Positions 16,403-24,687 of a stretch of DNA of 46,151 nt are shown here, one piece after another. Under the pieces are notes generated by a model. The model made no database searches. It was not told where the DNA came from and saw only the letters and a program-made list of their open reading frames with translations. The DNA lies in the IMG/VR virus record IMGVR_UViG_3300045988_148061; one strand, written 5' to 3'. Each line of letters begins with the position of its first letter. The stretch's first letter is position 1. The stretch is from a virus. A program made the translations under genes and the position numbers.

Positions 16403-16654
16403 TTAATCTATAAACTTATGATTTCTATTTAATAACTTCTCATTATGTTCTTTTATATGCTCTTCTAAGTTTATTCCCTTAGTAAAAGCTATACCGTAGC
16501 AACACTGAATTACATCAAGTAATTCTTCTGCTAGATTTTCTTTGTCATTCATTAATATAGCCCCTGCAACTTCTTTTACTTCTTCATCAAGTTTATTATA
16601 CATATTGACTGCACTAAGTTTTTTATATATCTCTAAATTATGTATTTTATTCAT
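16403..16654 (-). CDS. MazG-like nucleotide pyrophosphohydrolase (small form)
   Basis: 83 aa with EEVKEV...AEELLDVIQC, an acidic helix pattern resembling the MazG EExxE/ExxD metal-binding motif. Confidence 0.45.
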   Translation of the reverse strand: MNKIHNLEIYKKLSAVNMYNKLDEEVKEVAGAILMNDKENLAEELLDVIQCCYGIAFTKGINLEEHIKEHNEKLLNRNHKFID

Positions 16655-16822
16655 TTAATCAACCTTCTCTAAATCATTTATTTTTAATGTCATTGTTTCT
16701 TTTATATCACCACAATAAACATCTATATAAGTTTCCATGTCTGATATATACATATATGGATTACTTATAGCAACACCTTCTAAATCTAAATATTTTACTT
16801 TATCCCCTTTTACTATTCTCAT
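16655..16822 (-). CDS. Hypothetical protein (55 aa)
   Basis: ATG after AAAAGGGGAATAAGGGA. Its stop abuts the next start. Confidence 0.45.
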   Translation of the reverse strand: MRIVKGDKVKYLDLEGVAISNPYMYISDMETYIDVYCGDIKETMTLKINDLEKVD

Positions 16823-16837
16823 TCCCTTATTCCCCTT

Positions 16838-17278
16838 TTATTTATCTTTTGATTTTAATTCAACACCTACACCACCACATACATAAAATGATATGTCATG
16901 TATGTAAGTAGCTAGTTGGTTTTTATCTATCTTCTGTGAGTTTAATATATCTTTTGATAGCTTTCTTAATTGCCTAGCACTTTCATTATTGCACCATAGT
17001 TTCCTATTACTATCATTCCAAAGTTTTGCTAACTCTTCATTAGCCTTTTTAAGTTTTTCATTTTCTTCTTTTAGATCATTTACTGTATTATCATATAAAT
17101 CTATTTCTTGATTTAATGATAATATTTGATTTTCTAAGCCTATGATATTATTTAAGTTAATTTCATTACTTATATTAACTGTTTCATAATTGTCTTTTAG
17201 TTCCTCATATTTATCATTTAATAAAAGATATTCTTTATTAAGCAAATCATATTTTTTCTTTGATACAAATAATTTCAT
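16838..17278 (-). CDS. Coiled-coil protein, unknown function
   Basis: 146 aa rich in heptad-like Leu/Asn/Glu/Lys. Confidence 0.5.
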   Translation of the reverse strand: MKLFVSKKKYDLLNKEYLLLNDKYEELKDNYETVNISNEINLNNIIGLENQILSLNQEIDLYDNTVNDLKEENEKLKKANEELAKLWNDSNRKLWCNNESARQLRKLSKDILNSQKIDKNQLATYIHDISFYVCGGVGVELKSKDK

Positions 17279-17305
17279 CTTTAGTTATCTCCCCCTTACT
17301 TACAA

Positions 17306-18112
17306 CTACTTACAAACTAAATCAAACATAGGTAAAGTTTTAAAGTAATCGCATAATAATCTCCACTCTTGCATTTTATGGTTACTTCTTTGATTGACTA
17401 TAGATTTAAGTTGCAAATAATTAGTTGTCATTCTAGCAGTTAGCATTAATCCACTTGGAGTATTTGCTATTATTATGTTAAATAAATTTTCTTTATCAAA
17501 AATAATATTACTAGATTCTAATGAATACATTTCTATATACACATCTTTAGTCTTGTAATCAACTGAAAACTCAATGTCATAGCGTTCTACTTCCTCTATT
17601 GTAAAAATACTTTCGTTTTCTTCGTTATCTTCTGATTGATAACATAAAACATATTTATCAGTAACTTTTTGATACACTAATTCAAAATTATTATACATCC
17701 ATACAAGTTTTTTTAAATAATCCTTAGTATAATCAGATACATACTTATTACAAGCTTTATCTATATCAAGTTTTAATATTCTGTGCATCTTGCTTTGACT
17801 ACTAACATAATCTATAAAATGGTACCTATCTAATTGTCGCCATATGTACTCGGGTACTTGTAAATCAAATTGTACTGTAATACCTTTAGCAAAACAATCG
17901 TGACCACTTCCTGGAGTTGCATTTCCTAAATGTTTAGCCCTTTTTAAATCTTTTTCTGTAAGTATTTCATCAGTAATAACATCCCTAACATTCATATCAT
18001 AAGTTTCAATTTGCATAGGATAACCACTTGCTATTACACTTTCATTCAATCCATATACTCTTACGTTATCAACTTTTATTATTCCTTCAACTTCAAAACC
18101 TTTTACTTCCAC
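17306..18112 (-). CDS. Divergent ThyX-like protein (flavin thymidylate synthase fold) with an altered signature
   Basis: GSGHDCFAKGITVQFDLQVP...WRQLDRYHFIDYVSSQSKMH and the C-terminal NQRSNHKMQEWRLLC parallel ThyX blocks. The RHRxxS...SxRY signature reads RYHxxD...SKMH here. Confidence 0.4.
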   Translation of the reverse strand: MEVKGFEVEGIIKVDNVRVYGLNESVIASGYPMQIETYDMNVRDVITDEILTEKDLKRAKHLGNATPGSGHDCFAKGITVQFDLQVPEYIWRQLDRYHFIDYVSSQSKMHRILKLDIDKACNKYVSDYTKDYLKKLVWMYNNFELVYQKVTDKYVLCYQSEDNEENESIFTIEEVERYDIEFSVDYKTKDVYIEMYSLESSNIIFDKENLFNIIIANTPSGLMLTARMTTNYLQLKSIVNQRSNHKMQEWRLLCDYFKTLPMFDLVCK

Positions 18113-18114
18113 AA

Positions 18115-18642
18115 TTATTCCCCCTTAGATATTTCCATTATAGCCAATACACTGTAATTAGCTAAATCTATAAGTGTATCTTTTATACTTTCATCATCCA
18201 CATTAATATCAACTATTCCATTTTTAGCCTCTGAAATCTGTTTATTTAAGCTTTTGAGCCTATTCAATTTATCTTCTAGTCTTATACATACACTTGTTAG
18301 TCCATACTCATCAAACTGTTTTGAAAAGCTATTGCCATAATTTTTATTTTTTATTTCAAAAAGCCTTGCCATTTCATCTGTAATAGATTTAAAAACATCT
18401 ATAGCCTCAAATTTACCCATATTATAATATTGTGGGTGGTTTATCATTTCTTTTCTATCTTCTGCTAATTCAAAATAATTACAATCATAACAATTATTTT
18501 CGTTTATAGTGTAATCTTTTCCTAATTCAAACTTTCTATGGCCTTGCTTTTGACATCCACCTAATTCTTTTAAAAAATTATTACAACTATCGCAATATGT
18601 TACAGTATCATATCCAAAATAAATATAATTATTAAAACTCAT
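18115..18642 (-). CDS. Zn-ribbon / DUF3310-like / DUF1599-like fusion protein
   Basis: N-terminal CxxC...CxxC, then HPQYYNMGKFEAIDV (DUF3310-like), then NYGNSF...RLEDKLNRLKSL...ESIKDTLIDLANYSVLA (DUF1599-like). Confidence 0.45.
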   Translation of the reverse strand: MSFNNYIYFGYDTVTYCDSCNNFLKELGGCQKQGHRKFELGKDYTINENNCYDCNYFELAEDRKEMINHPQYYNMGKFEAIDVFKSITDEMARLFEIKNKNYGNSFSKQFDEYGLTSVCIRLEDKLNRLKSLNKQISEAKNGIVDINVDDESIKDTLIDLANYSVLAIMEISKGE

Positions 18643-18778
18643 AATATCCCCTCTCTTGTTTTATATCGCATATTGTTTCTAATATGATGTTAACTACATT
18701 ATCTATATCATTGTTATTTTTACAATTACAAAATAAACCTTCTAATAAAAAATATAAATCAAGTCTATCTATTTTCAT
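18632..18778 (-). CDS. Hypothetical protein (48 aa)
   Basis: ATG after AAGGGGTAAAA. Overlaps the next start by 11 nt. Confidence 0.4.
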   Translation of the reverse strand: MKIDRLDLYFLLEGLFCNCKNNNDIDNVVNIILETICDIKQERGYYEF

Positions 18779-18794
18779 TTTTACCCCTTATGTT

Positions 18795-19172
18795 TTAGAA
18801 TGGTGTATCATCATAATTTATAACTTCTTTTTCTTGTTCTTTTATTCGAGTAAATATGATTTCTTTTCTAGTTGAATCATAATCATATCTTCCCATTGTA
18901 AACTTTCTGATAAAAATAATATTTTCTATGAATATATCAATAGTTTCTTTATCATTTAATGCGAATCTAGCAATATATGTTTTATGAGCATCAGTTTCTT
19001 CAAATACTTCCCTTATGTTGGTCCAAGTAGGATTCATTATTTCAATTGTTCCATTCTTAGTCGTAATCATATATCTTTCTTCAAAGAAACTTTCAACACA
19101 CTCAAAATTTTCTAAATTCCATTGGATATTTTCTTCCCATTCTTTCTTTGCGTTCCCATGAAACAAATTCAT
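18795..19172 (-). CDS. Hypothetical protein ending in an SSB-tip-like DDTPF
   Basis: 125 aa, SD AGGAGG. The C terminus is ...INYDDTPF, compared with ...NDEIPF for the SSB. Confidence 0.55.
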   Translation of the reverse strand: MNLFHGNAKKEWEENIQWNLENFECVESFFEERYMITTKNGTIEIMNPTWTNIREVFEETDAHKTYIARFALNDKETIDIFIENIIFIRKFTMGRYDYDSTRKEIIFTRIKEQEKEVINYDDTPF

Positions 19173-19192
19173 TCTCCAAAACCTCCTATATT

Positions 19193-19588
19193 TTAAAATG
19201 GTATTTCATCATTATCTACTTCTTGAAAATCTGCAAATTCTAAAGTGTCTGCATTAGTTTTCTTTTCAGTAGTTGCATTACTTAAAAACTCTAATCTATC
19301 AACTTTTACTTTAGTAAATGAACGCTTTTCTCCGTCTTTTTCATAATTATCAATGTTTAACTCGCCTTCAACTAATATTTGTTTCCCTTTAGTTACATAC
19401 TGACATAAGTTTTCAACGTGCTTCCCAAGTTGTTCACAGTTTATAAAATCAACTTTTTTATTATTTTTATCCTTTTGATAATTTCTTTCTACTGCTATTG
19501 AAAAACTCATTTTAGGTGTAGCAGTAGAAGCTATATAACTTAACTCTGCATCTCTAACTAAACGACCACTAATTATTATTTTATTCAT
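19193..19588 (-). CDS. ssb: Single-stranded DNA-binding protein
   Basis: OB-fold start MNKIIISGRLVRDAEL and an acidic tail ending DEIPF. Confidence 0.9.
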   Translation of the reverse strand: MNKIIISGRLVRDAELSYIASTATPKMSFSIAVERNYQKDKNNKKVDFINCEQLGKHVENLCQYVTKGKQILVEGELNIDNYEKDGEKRSFTKVKVDRLEFLSNATTEKKTNADTLEFADFQEVDNDEIPF

Positions 19589-19670
19589 ATTTATTTACCT
19601 TCCCTTTCTGCTAATATTATTGCTAGTTCAAGCATTAAATAACAAGTTATTCCTAAAACTAATAACCTCA

Positions 19671-20003
19671 TCATTTTACTAATCCTTCATACTTTTTCAT
19701 AAAATATGCTTTAAATTTCATATGTTCAGCTTCTGACCAATACTTCAAAGGTATACCTATTTTATTTTCCCATTTTCTACTTTCCTTCAAGAAGTGTGGC
19801 ATAAGTATAACGCTATTAAATTTAGCTTTCTTTTCTGCTTCTTCTTTTTCTATCAAACTTTTAAAAGTTTTGTTAGCACTTTTATACATATATTGAGTGA
19901 GTATATGTATTAAGTTTTTATTAAAATCAATTTCTACGGATACAACTTCATCACCTTTTGAGCAAACTATATGATTATAAACCACATCAGCTACACTTGA
20001 CAT
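19671..20003 (-). CDS. Hypothetical protein (110 aa)
   Basis: SD GAGGGGGAG. No recognisable motif. Confidence 0.5.
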   Translation of the reverse strand: MSSVADVVYNHIVCSKGDEVVSVEIDFNKNLIHILTQYMYKSANKTFKSLIEKEEAEKKAKFNSVILMPHFLKESRKWENKIGIPLKYWSEAEHMKFKAYFMKKYEGLVK

Positions 20004-20124
20004 TTTTCTCCCCCTCTTTATTCAAGATTTTATCTACTAAAACACTTGAAGCTATTGTTACTTCATCATTAAAGCCATATGCTTCAATAAATTTAATCAT
20101 TAACTCCCTAGCTTCTTCTAGCAT
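19987..20124 (-). CDS. Spo0E-like peptide (possible Spo0A~P phosphatase family)
   Basis: MLEEARELMIKFIEAYGFNDEVTIASSVLVDKILNK aligns by eye with B. subtilis Spo0E IDEKRKLMIDAARKQGFTGHDTIRHSQELDCLINEY. Confidence 0.45.
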   Translation of the reverse strand: MLEEARELMIKFIEAYGFNDEVTIASSVLVDKILNKEGEKNVKCS

Positions 20125-20140
20125 ATTAATCCCCCTTTAT

Positions 20141-20326
20141 TTACAATAATTCTTCTGCCGATACTTCTAATATTTCAGCCAGCTTCAATAACATATCAAC
20201 TTTTGGAATTTGCTTACCAGTTTCTATTCTGCACAAAGTATTTGGAGATACTCCTACTAACTCACCTAATTCTTTTTGAGTTAATCCTTTCTTAACTCTA
20301 GCTACTTTTAAATTTAAAATATTCAT
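20141..20326 (-). CDS. XRE/Cro-type HTH regulator (61 aa)
   Basis: GLTQKELGELVGVSPNTLCRIETGKQIP is a classic HTH_3 motif. Confidence 0.8.
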   Translation of the reverse strand: MNILNLKVARVKKGLTQKELGELVGVSPNTLCRIETGKQIPKVDMLLKLAEILEVSAEELL

Positions 20327-20340
20327 ATTGTTCTCCCCTT

Positions 20341-20583
20341 TTATCTATAAGTTTTCTTATACACTTTCCAAATCGCTTCAATTAATTCAGTTTTATTCAT
20401 CCTAGATCTATTTGCATATTCTTCTATTTCTTTTTCAATACTATCATCTAAATTAATACAATTTAAACCTTTATCAATTAATTTGCACATCATATAATTA
20501 ATACTTCTATCTTCGACCTCCGAAATATTTTTAACTTTATCAAATATTTCTTCATCTACTCTTAATAAAAAATTTTTTTTCAA
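20341..20583 (-). CDS. Ribbon-helix-helix (CopG/Arc-like) protein
   Basis: TTG start after AGGAGGTG. KKNFLLRVDEEIFDKVKNISEVEDRSINYMMCKLI fits a beta-strand plus two helices. Confidence 0.5.
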   Translation of the reverse strand: MKKNFLLRVDEEIFDKVKNISEVEDRSINYMMCKLIDKGLNCINLDDSIEKEIEEYANRSRMNKTELIEAIWKVYKKTYR

Positions 20584-20630
20584 TAAAACACCTCCTAGAT
20601 GTCTTAATATCATATTGATATTATATTAAT

Positions 20631-20639
20631 ATTATAACA
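20631..20639 (-). promoter_or_regulatory. Extended -10 promoter element TGTGTTATAAT
   Basis: Minus strand, about 40 nt upstream of the RHH start and just after a strong terminator. Confidence 0.5.
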
Positions 20640-20703
20640 CAAATTTATAATTATATGTTGTTTATATCAAATTTATTCCAACTTTCGTTCGCCTTATTTT
20701 GAC

Positions 20704-20736
20704 AAAATAAAAAAGACTTACCTAATTTGGTAAGCC
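20704..20736 (-). terminator. Rho-independent terminator
   Basis: Minus strand CTTACC-aaatta-GGTAAG followed by TCTTTTTTATTTT. Confidence 0.7.
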
Positions 20737-20931
20737 TAGTAATTCTCTCACAAATTCTATTTCTTTTATTATATTATCTCTTTCGTGCCATATTTTGTAC
20801 TTGTGAGCCTTTACAAATTCCCAACAATAGTTATTATCATTAGCCCATTTTTCTGCCTTATAAAGCCTATCTATTAGTTTTTCATATTCACTAATTAATT
20901 TATCTCTATCTTCAATAACACTACTTGTCAT
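20722..20931 (-). CDS. Hypothetical protein (69 aa)
   Basis: SD AAGGAG. No recognisable motif. Confidence 0.5.
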   Translation of the reverse strand: MTSSVIEDRDKLISEYEKLIDRLYKAEKWANDNNYCWEFVKAHKYKIWHERDNIIKEIEFVRELLGLPN

Positions 20932-20939
20932 TTGTGTAT

Positions 20940-21101
20940 CTACTCCTTTTTTTCATCATTACCCCTTGTAATAGCTTGATAATTAGGATGTACTGGATTT
21001 TTAATACTTAAATTTCCAGTGCATTTTTTATCTCTGCTTAAATTATCTATCAAGCAAGTTTTATAATATATGCAAGTTTTATTATTACATTTATCATTCA
21101 T
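20940..21101 (-). CDS. Small Cys-containing protein (53 aa)
   Basis: MNDKCNNKTCIYYKTC... The N terminus resembles MNDDCNI of 14913..15062. TAATG overlap with the upstream stop. Confidence 0.45.
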   Translation of the reverse strand: MNDKCNNKTCIYYKTCLIDNLSRDKKCTGNLSIKNPVHPNYQAITRGNDEKKE

Positions 21102-21301
21102 TATTTAATCACCAATTTTTTATTTATATAATCGTTTTTATTAAATTTAACTATATCTCCACTTTCATATTCACCTTTACATATATTTCTGTAAATATCA
21201 TTAAATACATGTATATCTCTATTTTCTTCTAATAAAAAAGTTATATCAAAATCTATTTTACTTAATACTATAATCATTTCATCAGTTGTATAAGTTTTCA
21301 T
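21101..21301 (-). CDS. Hypothetical protein (66 aa)
   Basis: ATGA overlap with the upstream gene. Confidence 0.5.
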   Translation of the reverse strand: MKTYTTDEMIIVLSKIDFDITFLLEENRDIHVFNDIYRNICKGEYESGDIVKFNKNDYINKKLVIK

Positions 21302-21498
21302 CTTATCCCCCTATTTTTCCATCTATTCTTCATTTCTAATTCTTTTATATATTTGTCAAATTCTTCTTTGCTCATACTTATATTTTTAACTTCAGCTTCT
21401 TTATATGCTTTTTCATATGTGTATTTAAGTTCGTTGTTTATATTGTGTCCCCATTGACTTTTTTCTAATCTTCCCATGTTCCCTGTACTTCCTCCCAT
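21298..21498 (-). CDS. Hypothetical protein (66 aa; alternative start 21477)
   Basis: Overlaps the primase-helicase 3' end. GGAGGAAG lies upstream of the internal ATG. Confidence 0.45.
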   Translation of the reverse strand: MGGSTGNMGRLEKSQWGHNINNELKYTYEKAYKEAEVKNISMSKEEFDKYIKELEMKNRWKNRGIR

Positions 21499-23252
21499 AA
21501 ATCTAAGTATCTTTTATTTAATTCTTTTTCTGTTTCAGCACTATAAAACCTTTTACGCTCTATACTAAACATTAACTTTTTACCTACATTTACCCCTGTA
21601 TGTCTATTCTTCAGTATTTTAAGTATTGCATCATATTCAACTACATCATCTTTCGCTCTTGATATTGTAGTTACATAATCAGCTAGGTTAGTTATATTAG
21701 CACTTCCTGCAACATCATCTTTTTCAATTTCATCATTCATAGACTTTCTAGGATGTGCAACTAAATGAACTAAAGCATTATATTTTTTAGCAAAGTTTTT
21801 TAGTTTTTTAACTACATCAGTTTCAGCTTCGTACTTATCCTTCAAGCTACTTTCAATAGTCATAAGATTATCTATAACAAACACCCTTACGCCATATCTT
21901 TTAGCTAGTATAGTCATTTTTTCAATTATAGCTTCAATTCTATAATCATCACTATCATATAAGAAAAATCTATCTTTCATATCATTAACTATTTTTTCTT
22001 TTGCTTGAATAGTAACTTTTTTATATTTATGACCGTCTTTAGCAGTATACTCTGCGAATTCTTCTTCGTTGGCTAAAGTTTGAAGCAACCAGTATTTAAC
22101 ATTCCCACCTATTAACTCACCACTAAATAGAAATGTCTTATAACCTTGAGCAATAGCTTCTGCAATATATATTTGATTTAATATAGTTGATTTACCACTA
22201 CCGTTTCTACCACTTAAAACATTAAGACTCCCAAATACCATTCCAACAAGCTTATCATCAATATATTCTATACCAGTTTTTAATGTTTCAGCTTCATGCA
22301 CGTCAAAATCTTCTATCATATCCAAAGTTGCAACACCTTCTAAAACTGGCGTTGAAGCTTTTTCTATTTGTTTTAATACTGCTAACTTTCCATACTTGTG
22401 CAATAACTCATTTATATCATTAGCTACCTCACATCTAACTATTTTTACACTACTGTTAGGCAATCTATTAAATACCTCTCTAGCACCTTTTATTCCTGCT
22501 TCATCATTATCAAACCAAATTATTATCTCTTCAAACTGTTCTATAAAAGTCCAGTTGCTTGTTATCCACTCATTAGTGCCATTAACTCCACTCGGTATAG
22601 ATACTGCATTTTTAAATCCACTTTCTATTGCTGATAAACAATCAAATTCACCTTCTGTTATTAATAAAGGATCTGATATATTTATTTTATCCATGTTAAA
22701 TAAAGTATTTACATTGGTCCCCTTCTCAAACCACATTTTAGGACCTTCACTCTTTTTAGTTTTTCTATATTTATTTGCTAAATGCTCGCCCAACTCATTT
22801 CTATACTCAAATACTACACAATTATTATTTTCTTTTACTCTTACATAATCTATAGTATCTTTTGATATATTTCTTTTTTCACAATAAGTTAATATGTTTT
22901 TATTATAATTTTCGTGCTTCGTAGGAGATTTTTTAGGCTTCCTATCTGATTCATTGATAATTATATCAATATTTAAATTAAAATCGTTTATAATTGATTT
23001 TGTAGCTTCTAGGAATGATTTATTGTAATATTCTTGATAGTGATTAAATATATCGTAAGAAGCAGCACATGAAAAACATTTGAATTTTTTCTTTTTAAAA
23101 TCATAACTCATACTTGGATTACTTTCAGAATGTTTAAAGCATAAACATTTATTATTTTTAAATTTTAATCCTAAATCTAAGGCTATTTTATTTTTAACTT
23201 GCTCTGCATCTATATATTTTTTTATATCATCAACTATGTTTTTTAAATTCAT
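21465..23252 (-). CDS. Bifunctional primase-helicase (CHC2 Zn finger, Toprim and DnaB-like ATPase)
   Basis: CLCFKHSESNPSMSYD...FKCFSC, then ITEGEFDCLS...WFDNDEAG, then Walker A SGRNGSGKST and Walker B VFVIDNL. Confidence 0.85.
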   Translation of the reverse strand: MNLKNIVDDIKKYIDAEQVKNKIALDLGLKFKNNKCLCFKHSESNPSMSYDFKKKKFKCFSCAASYDIFNHYQEYYNKSFLEATKSIINDFNLNIDIIINESDRKPKKSPTKHENYNKNILTYCEKRNISKDTIDYVRVKENNNCVVFEYRNELGEHLANKYRKTKKSEGPKMWFEKGTNVNTLFNMDKINISDPLLITEGEFDCLSAIESGFKNAVSIPSGVNGTNEWITSNWTFIEQFEEIIIWFDNDEAGIKGAREVFNRLPNSSVKIVRCEVANDINELLHKYGKLAVLKQIEKASTPVLEGVATLDMIEDFDVHEAETLKTGIEYIDDKLVGMVFGSLNVLSGRNGSGKSTILNQIYIAEAIAQGYKTFLFSGELIGGNVKYWLLQTLANEEEFAEYTAKDGHKYKKVTIQAKEKIVNDMKDRFFLYDSDDYRIEAIIEKMTILAKRYGVRVFVIDNLMTIESSLKDKYEAETDVVKKLKNFAKKYNALVHLVAHPRKSMNDEIEKDDVAGSANITNLADYVTTISRAKDDVVEYDAILKILKNRHTGVNVGKKLMFSIERKRFYSAETEKELNKRYLDLWEEVQGTWED

Positions 23253-23263
23253 ATATCTTCCCC

Positions 23264-24007
23264 CTACCCAATATCGCAACTTTGAGTATATTTTCTTCTA
23301 TTGTTGCATATACTAGGATTAACTTTAATATTTTTATTTTTATCAGAACCTATTGCAGTAGGTTCTTTTTTATTTGCTTCATTTAAATAATTTTCAAATT
23401 TAGTCCCAAATAAAGTTGCTGGCCTTAAATACTTTTCAAAATCTGTATTAAGCCAATCTTTGCTTTTACTATCAATAACCTTTTTAAAATCTTCTACTGT
23501 ATATCCTTCTCTTACTCTAGCATTTATAAAACTTTGAGTATTTTTAGTAGTTGGTCTGTAATTAGTAGAAGCTTTTCTATTAAGATAATCTATAACTAAA
23601 CTATATATATTATTATTATCTTTCTCTTTTTTCTTTGTAGTATTGTTAGATTGTTGTTGTTTAGTTGTTAGATTACTGTTATCTGACTCCTCAACTCGTT
23701 GCAATTGCTCACTTTTATTTGTTGCATTATTGTTGAATAATTGTTGCTTAATTGTTAGCTTCAATGTACTTTCTTTCCCTTTACTCCCACTTGTAAGAAA
23801 CTTAATATACCCTTCTTTCTCAAATTTCTTTAATATAGTCCTAACTTTTTGAGTAGTTAGATTTAATCTCTTATCAGAATTTACAACTAACTGATTAATT
23901 GTATATCCTGCTATATCTGTATCATAATTTGAGTATCTACACAACAATCTCCAAATATCTATCTCTTCAAGTGTCATTTCATCTAGTGCTATAAAATATT
24001 TTTTCAC
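23264..24007 (-). CDS. Replication organiser/initiator (winged-helix N domain plus Phg_2220_C-like C domain)
   Basis: C-terminal VIDYLNRKASTNYRPTTKNTQSFINARVREGYTVEDFKKVIDSKSKDWLNTDFEKYLRPATLFGTKFENY matches the conserved phage C-terminal domain. GTG start after AAGGGGG. Confidence 0.7.
   Translation of the reverse strand: MKKYFIALDEMTLEEIDIWRLLCRYSNYDTDIAGYTINQLVVNSDKRLNLTTQKVRTILKKFEKEGYIKFLTSGSKGKESTLKLTIKQQLFNNNATNKSEQLQRVEESDNSNLTTKQQQSNNTTKKKEKDNNNIYSLVIDYLNRKASTNYRPTTKNTQSFINARVREGYTVEDFKKVIDSKSKDWLNTDFEKYLRPATLFGTKFENYLNEANKKEPTAIGSDKNKNIKVNPSICNNRRKYTQSCDIG
23643..23760 (+). repeat. 11-bp-phased TTGTT(A/G)N(A/C)T repeats inside the organiser gene
   Basis: TTGTTAGAT at 23643 and 23665. 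TTGTTGAAT, TTGTTGCTT and TTGTTAGCT at 23730, 23741 and 23752. All offsets are multiples of 11 except between the two groups (65 bp). Confidence 0.75.
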
Positions 24008-24018
24008 TTGATACCCCC

Positions 24019-24198
24019 TTAATTTAGCAAATCTTCATAAGTAACTTTAAACAATTCCTTTAATAATTTTATCTCTTCAATTGTAAAAGCCCTTTTCCCT
24101 AATTCTTTATTACTATAACTATTTTGTTTTATATTCAAAATATTAGCAATTTCAGTTTGTGTATATCCATTTAAAAGCCTATATTCTTTTACCTTCAT
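24019..24198 (-). CDS. XRE-type HTH regulator (59 aa)
   Basis: MKVKEYRLLNGYTQTEIANILNIKQNSYSNKELGKR. SD GGGGGAGG. Confidence 0.7.
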   Translation of the reverse strand: MKVKEYRLLNGYTQTEIANILNIKQNSYSNKELGKRAFTIEEIKLLKELFKVTYEDLLN

Positions 24199-24325
24199 AT
24201 TCCTCCCCCTTTAAAAAACTTTATATAATATATAATATCTCTTTTTGTGATATTTGTTATATACAATCGTTCTCTTTATTACGACAAAAAAGACTATATT
24301 TCTATAGTCCTTTTAATTAATTTTG

Positions 24326-24343
24326 TTAAAAACTTTATTTTAA
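24326..24343 (-). repeat. Intercistronic palindromic motif, instance 5
   Basis: ttaaaaactttattttaa within the longer shared block ...aattagaatttatt. Confidence 0.65.
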
Positions 24344-24357
24344 TTAGAATTTATTCT

Positions 24358-24528
24358 TTATTCTGCTTTCAATATATTTTTAAGTTTATTTTTACATTCT
24401 TTGCATAAATAAAATTTAATTTCACTTTGTTCAATTACAAACTTATAAAAGATATTAAATTTATCTATATCTTTTCCACAATCATTACACTTATTAATAT
24501 TTTTAGATTCTACTCTATACGCCTTCAA
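24358..24528 (-). CDS. Zn-ribbon-like mini-protein (about 56 aa; start uncertain, TTG 24528 or GTG 24537)
   Basis: CNDCGK...CKEC pairs. Preceded by motif instance 6 and AAAGGAAGTGA. Confidence 0.45.
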   Translation of the reverse strand: MKAYRVESKNINKCNDCGKDIDKFNIFYKFVIEQSEIKFYLCKECKNKLKNILKAE

Positions 24529-24542
24529 ACATATCACTTCCT

Positions 24543-24560
24543 TTAAAATTTTGATTTTAA
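24543..24560 (-). repeat. Intercistronic palindromic motif, instance 6
   Basis: ttaaaattttgattttaa, identical to instance 4. Confidence 0.75.
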
Positions 24561-24683
24561 CTAAATATTTTTTAAATATTCTCTAGCTTCATAATATAAA
24601 ATATCATTTATAATTCTAGCACTGTCTTTTTTATCACAATAAACTAGATTAACATTATATCTAACTAATAAACTTTCTAACAT
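24561..24683 (-). pseudogene. Remnant 3' end of an ERCC4-type nuclease gene (40 codons)
   Basis: LLVRYNVNLVYCDKKDSARIINDILYYEAREYLKNI versus LQAKYDISIEYCKKEDSARLINDILYYHAREYLKGI at the end of 25457..26095. A 17-nt DNA identity lies within. Confidence 0.7.
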
Positions 24684-24687
24684 AGTT

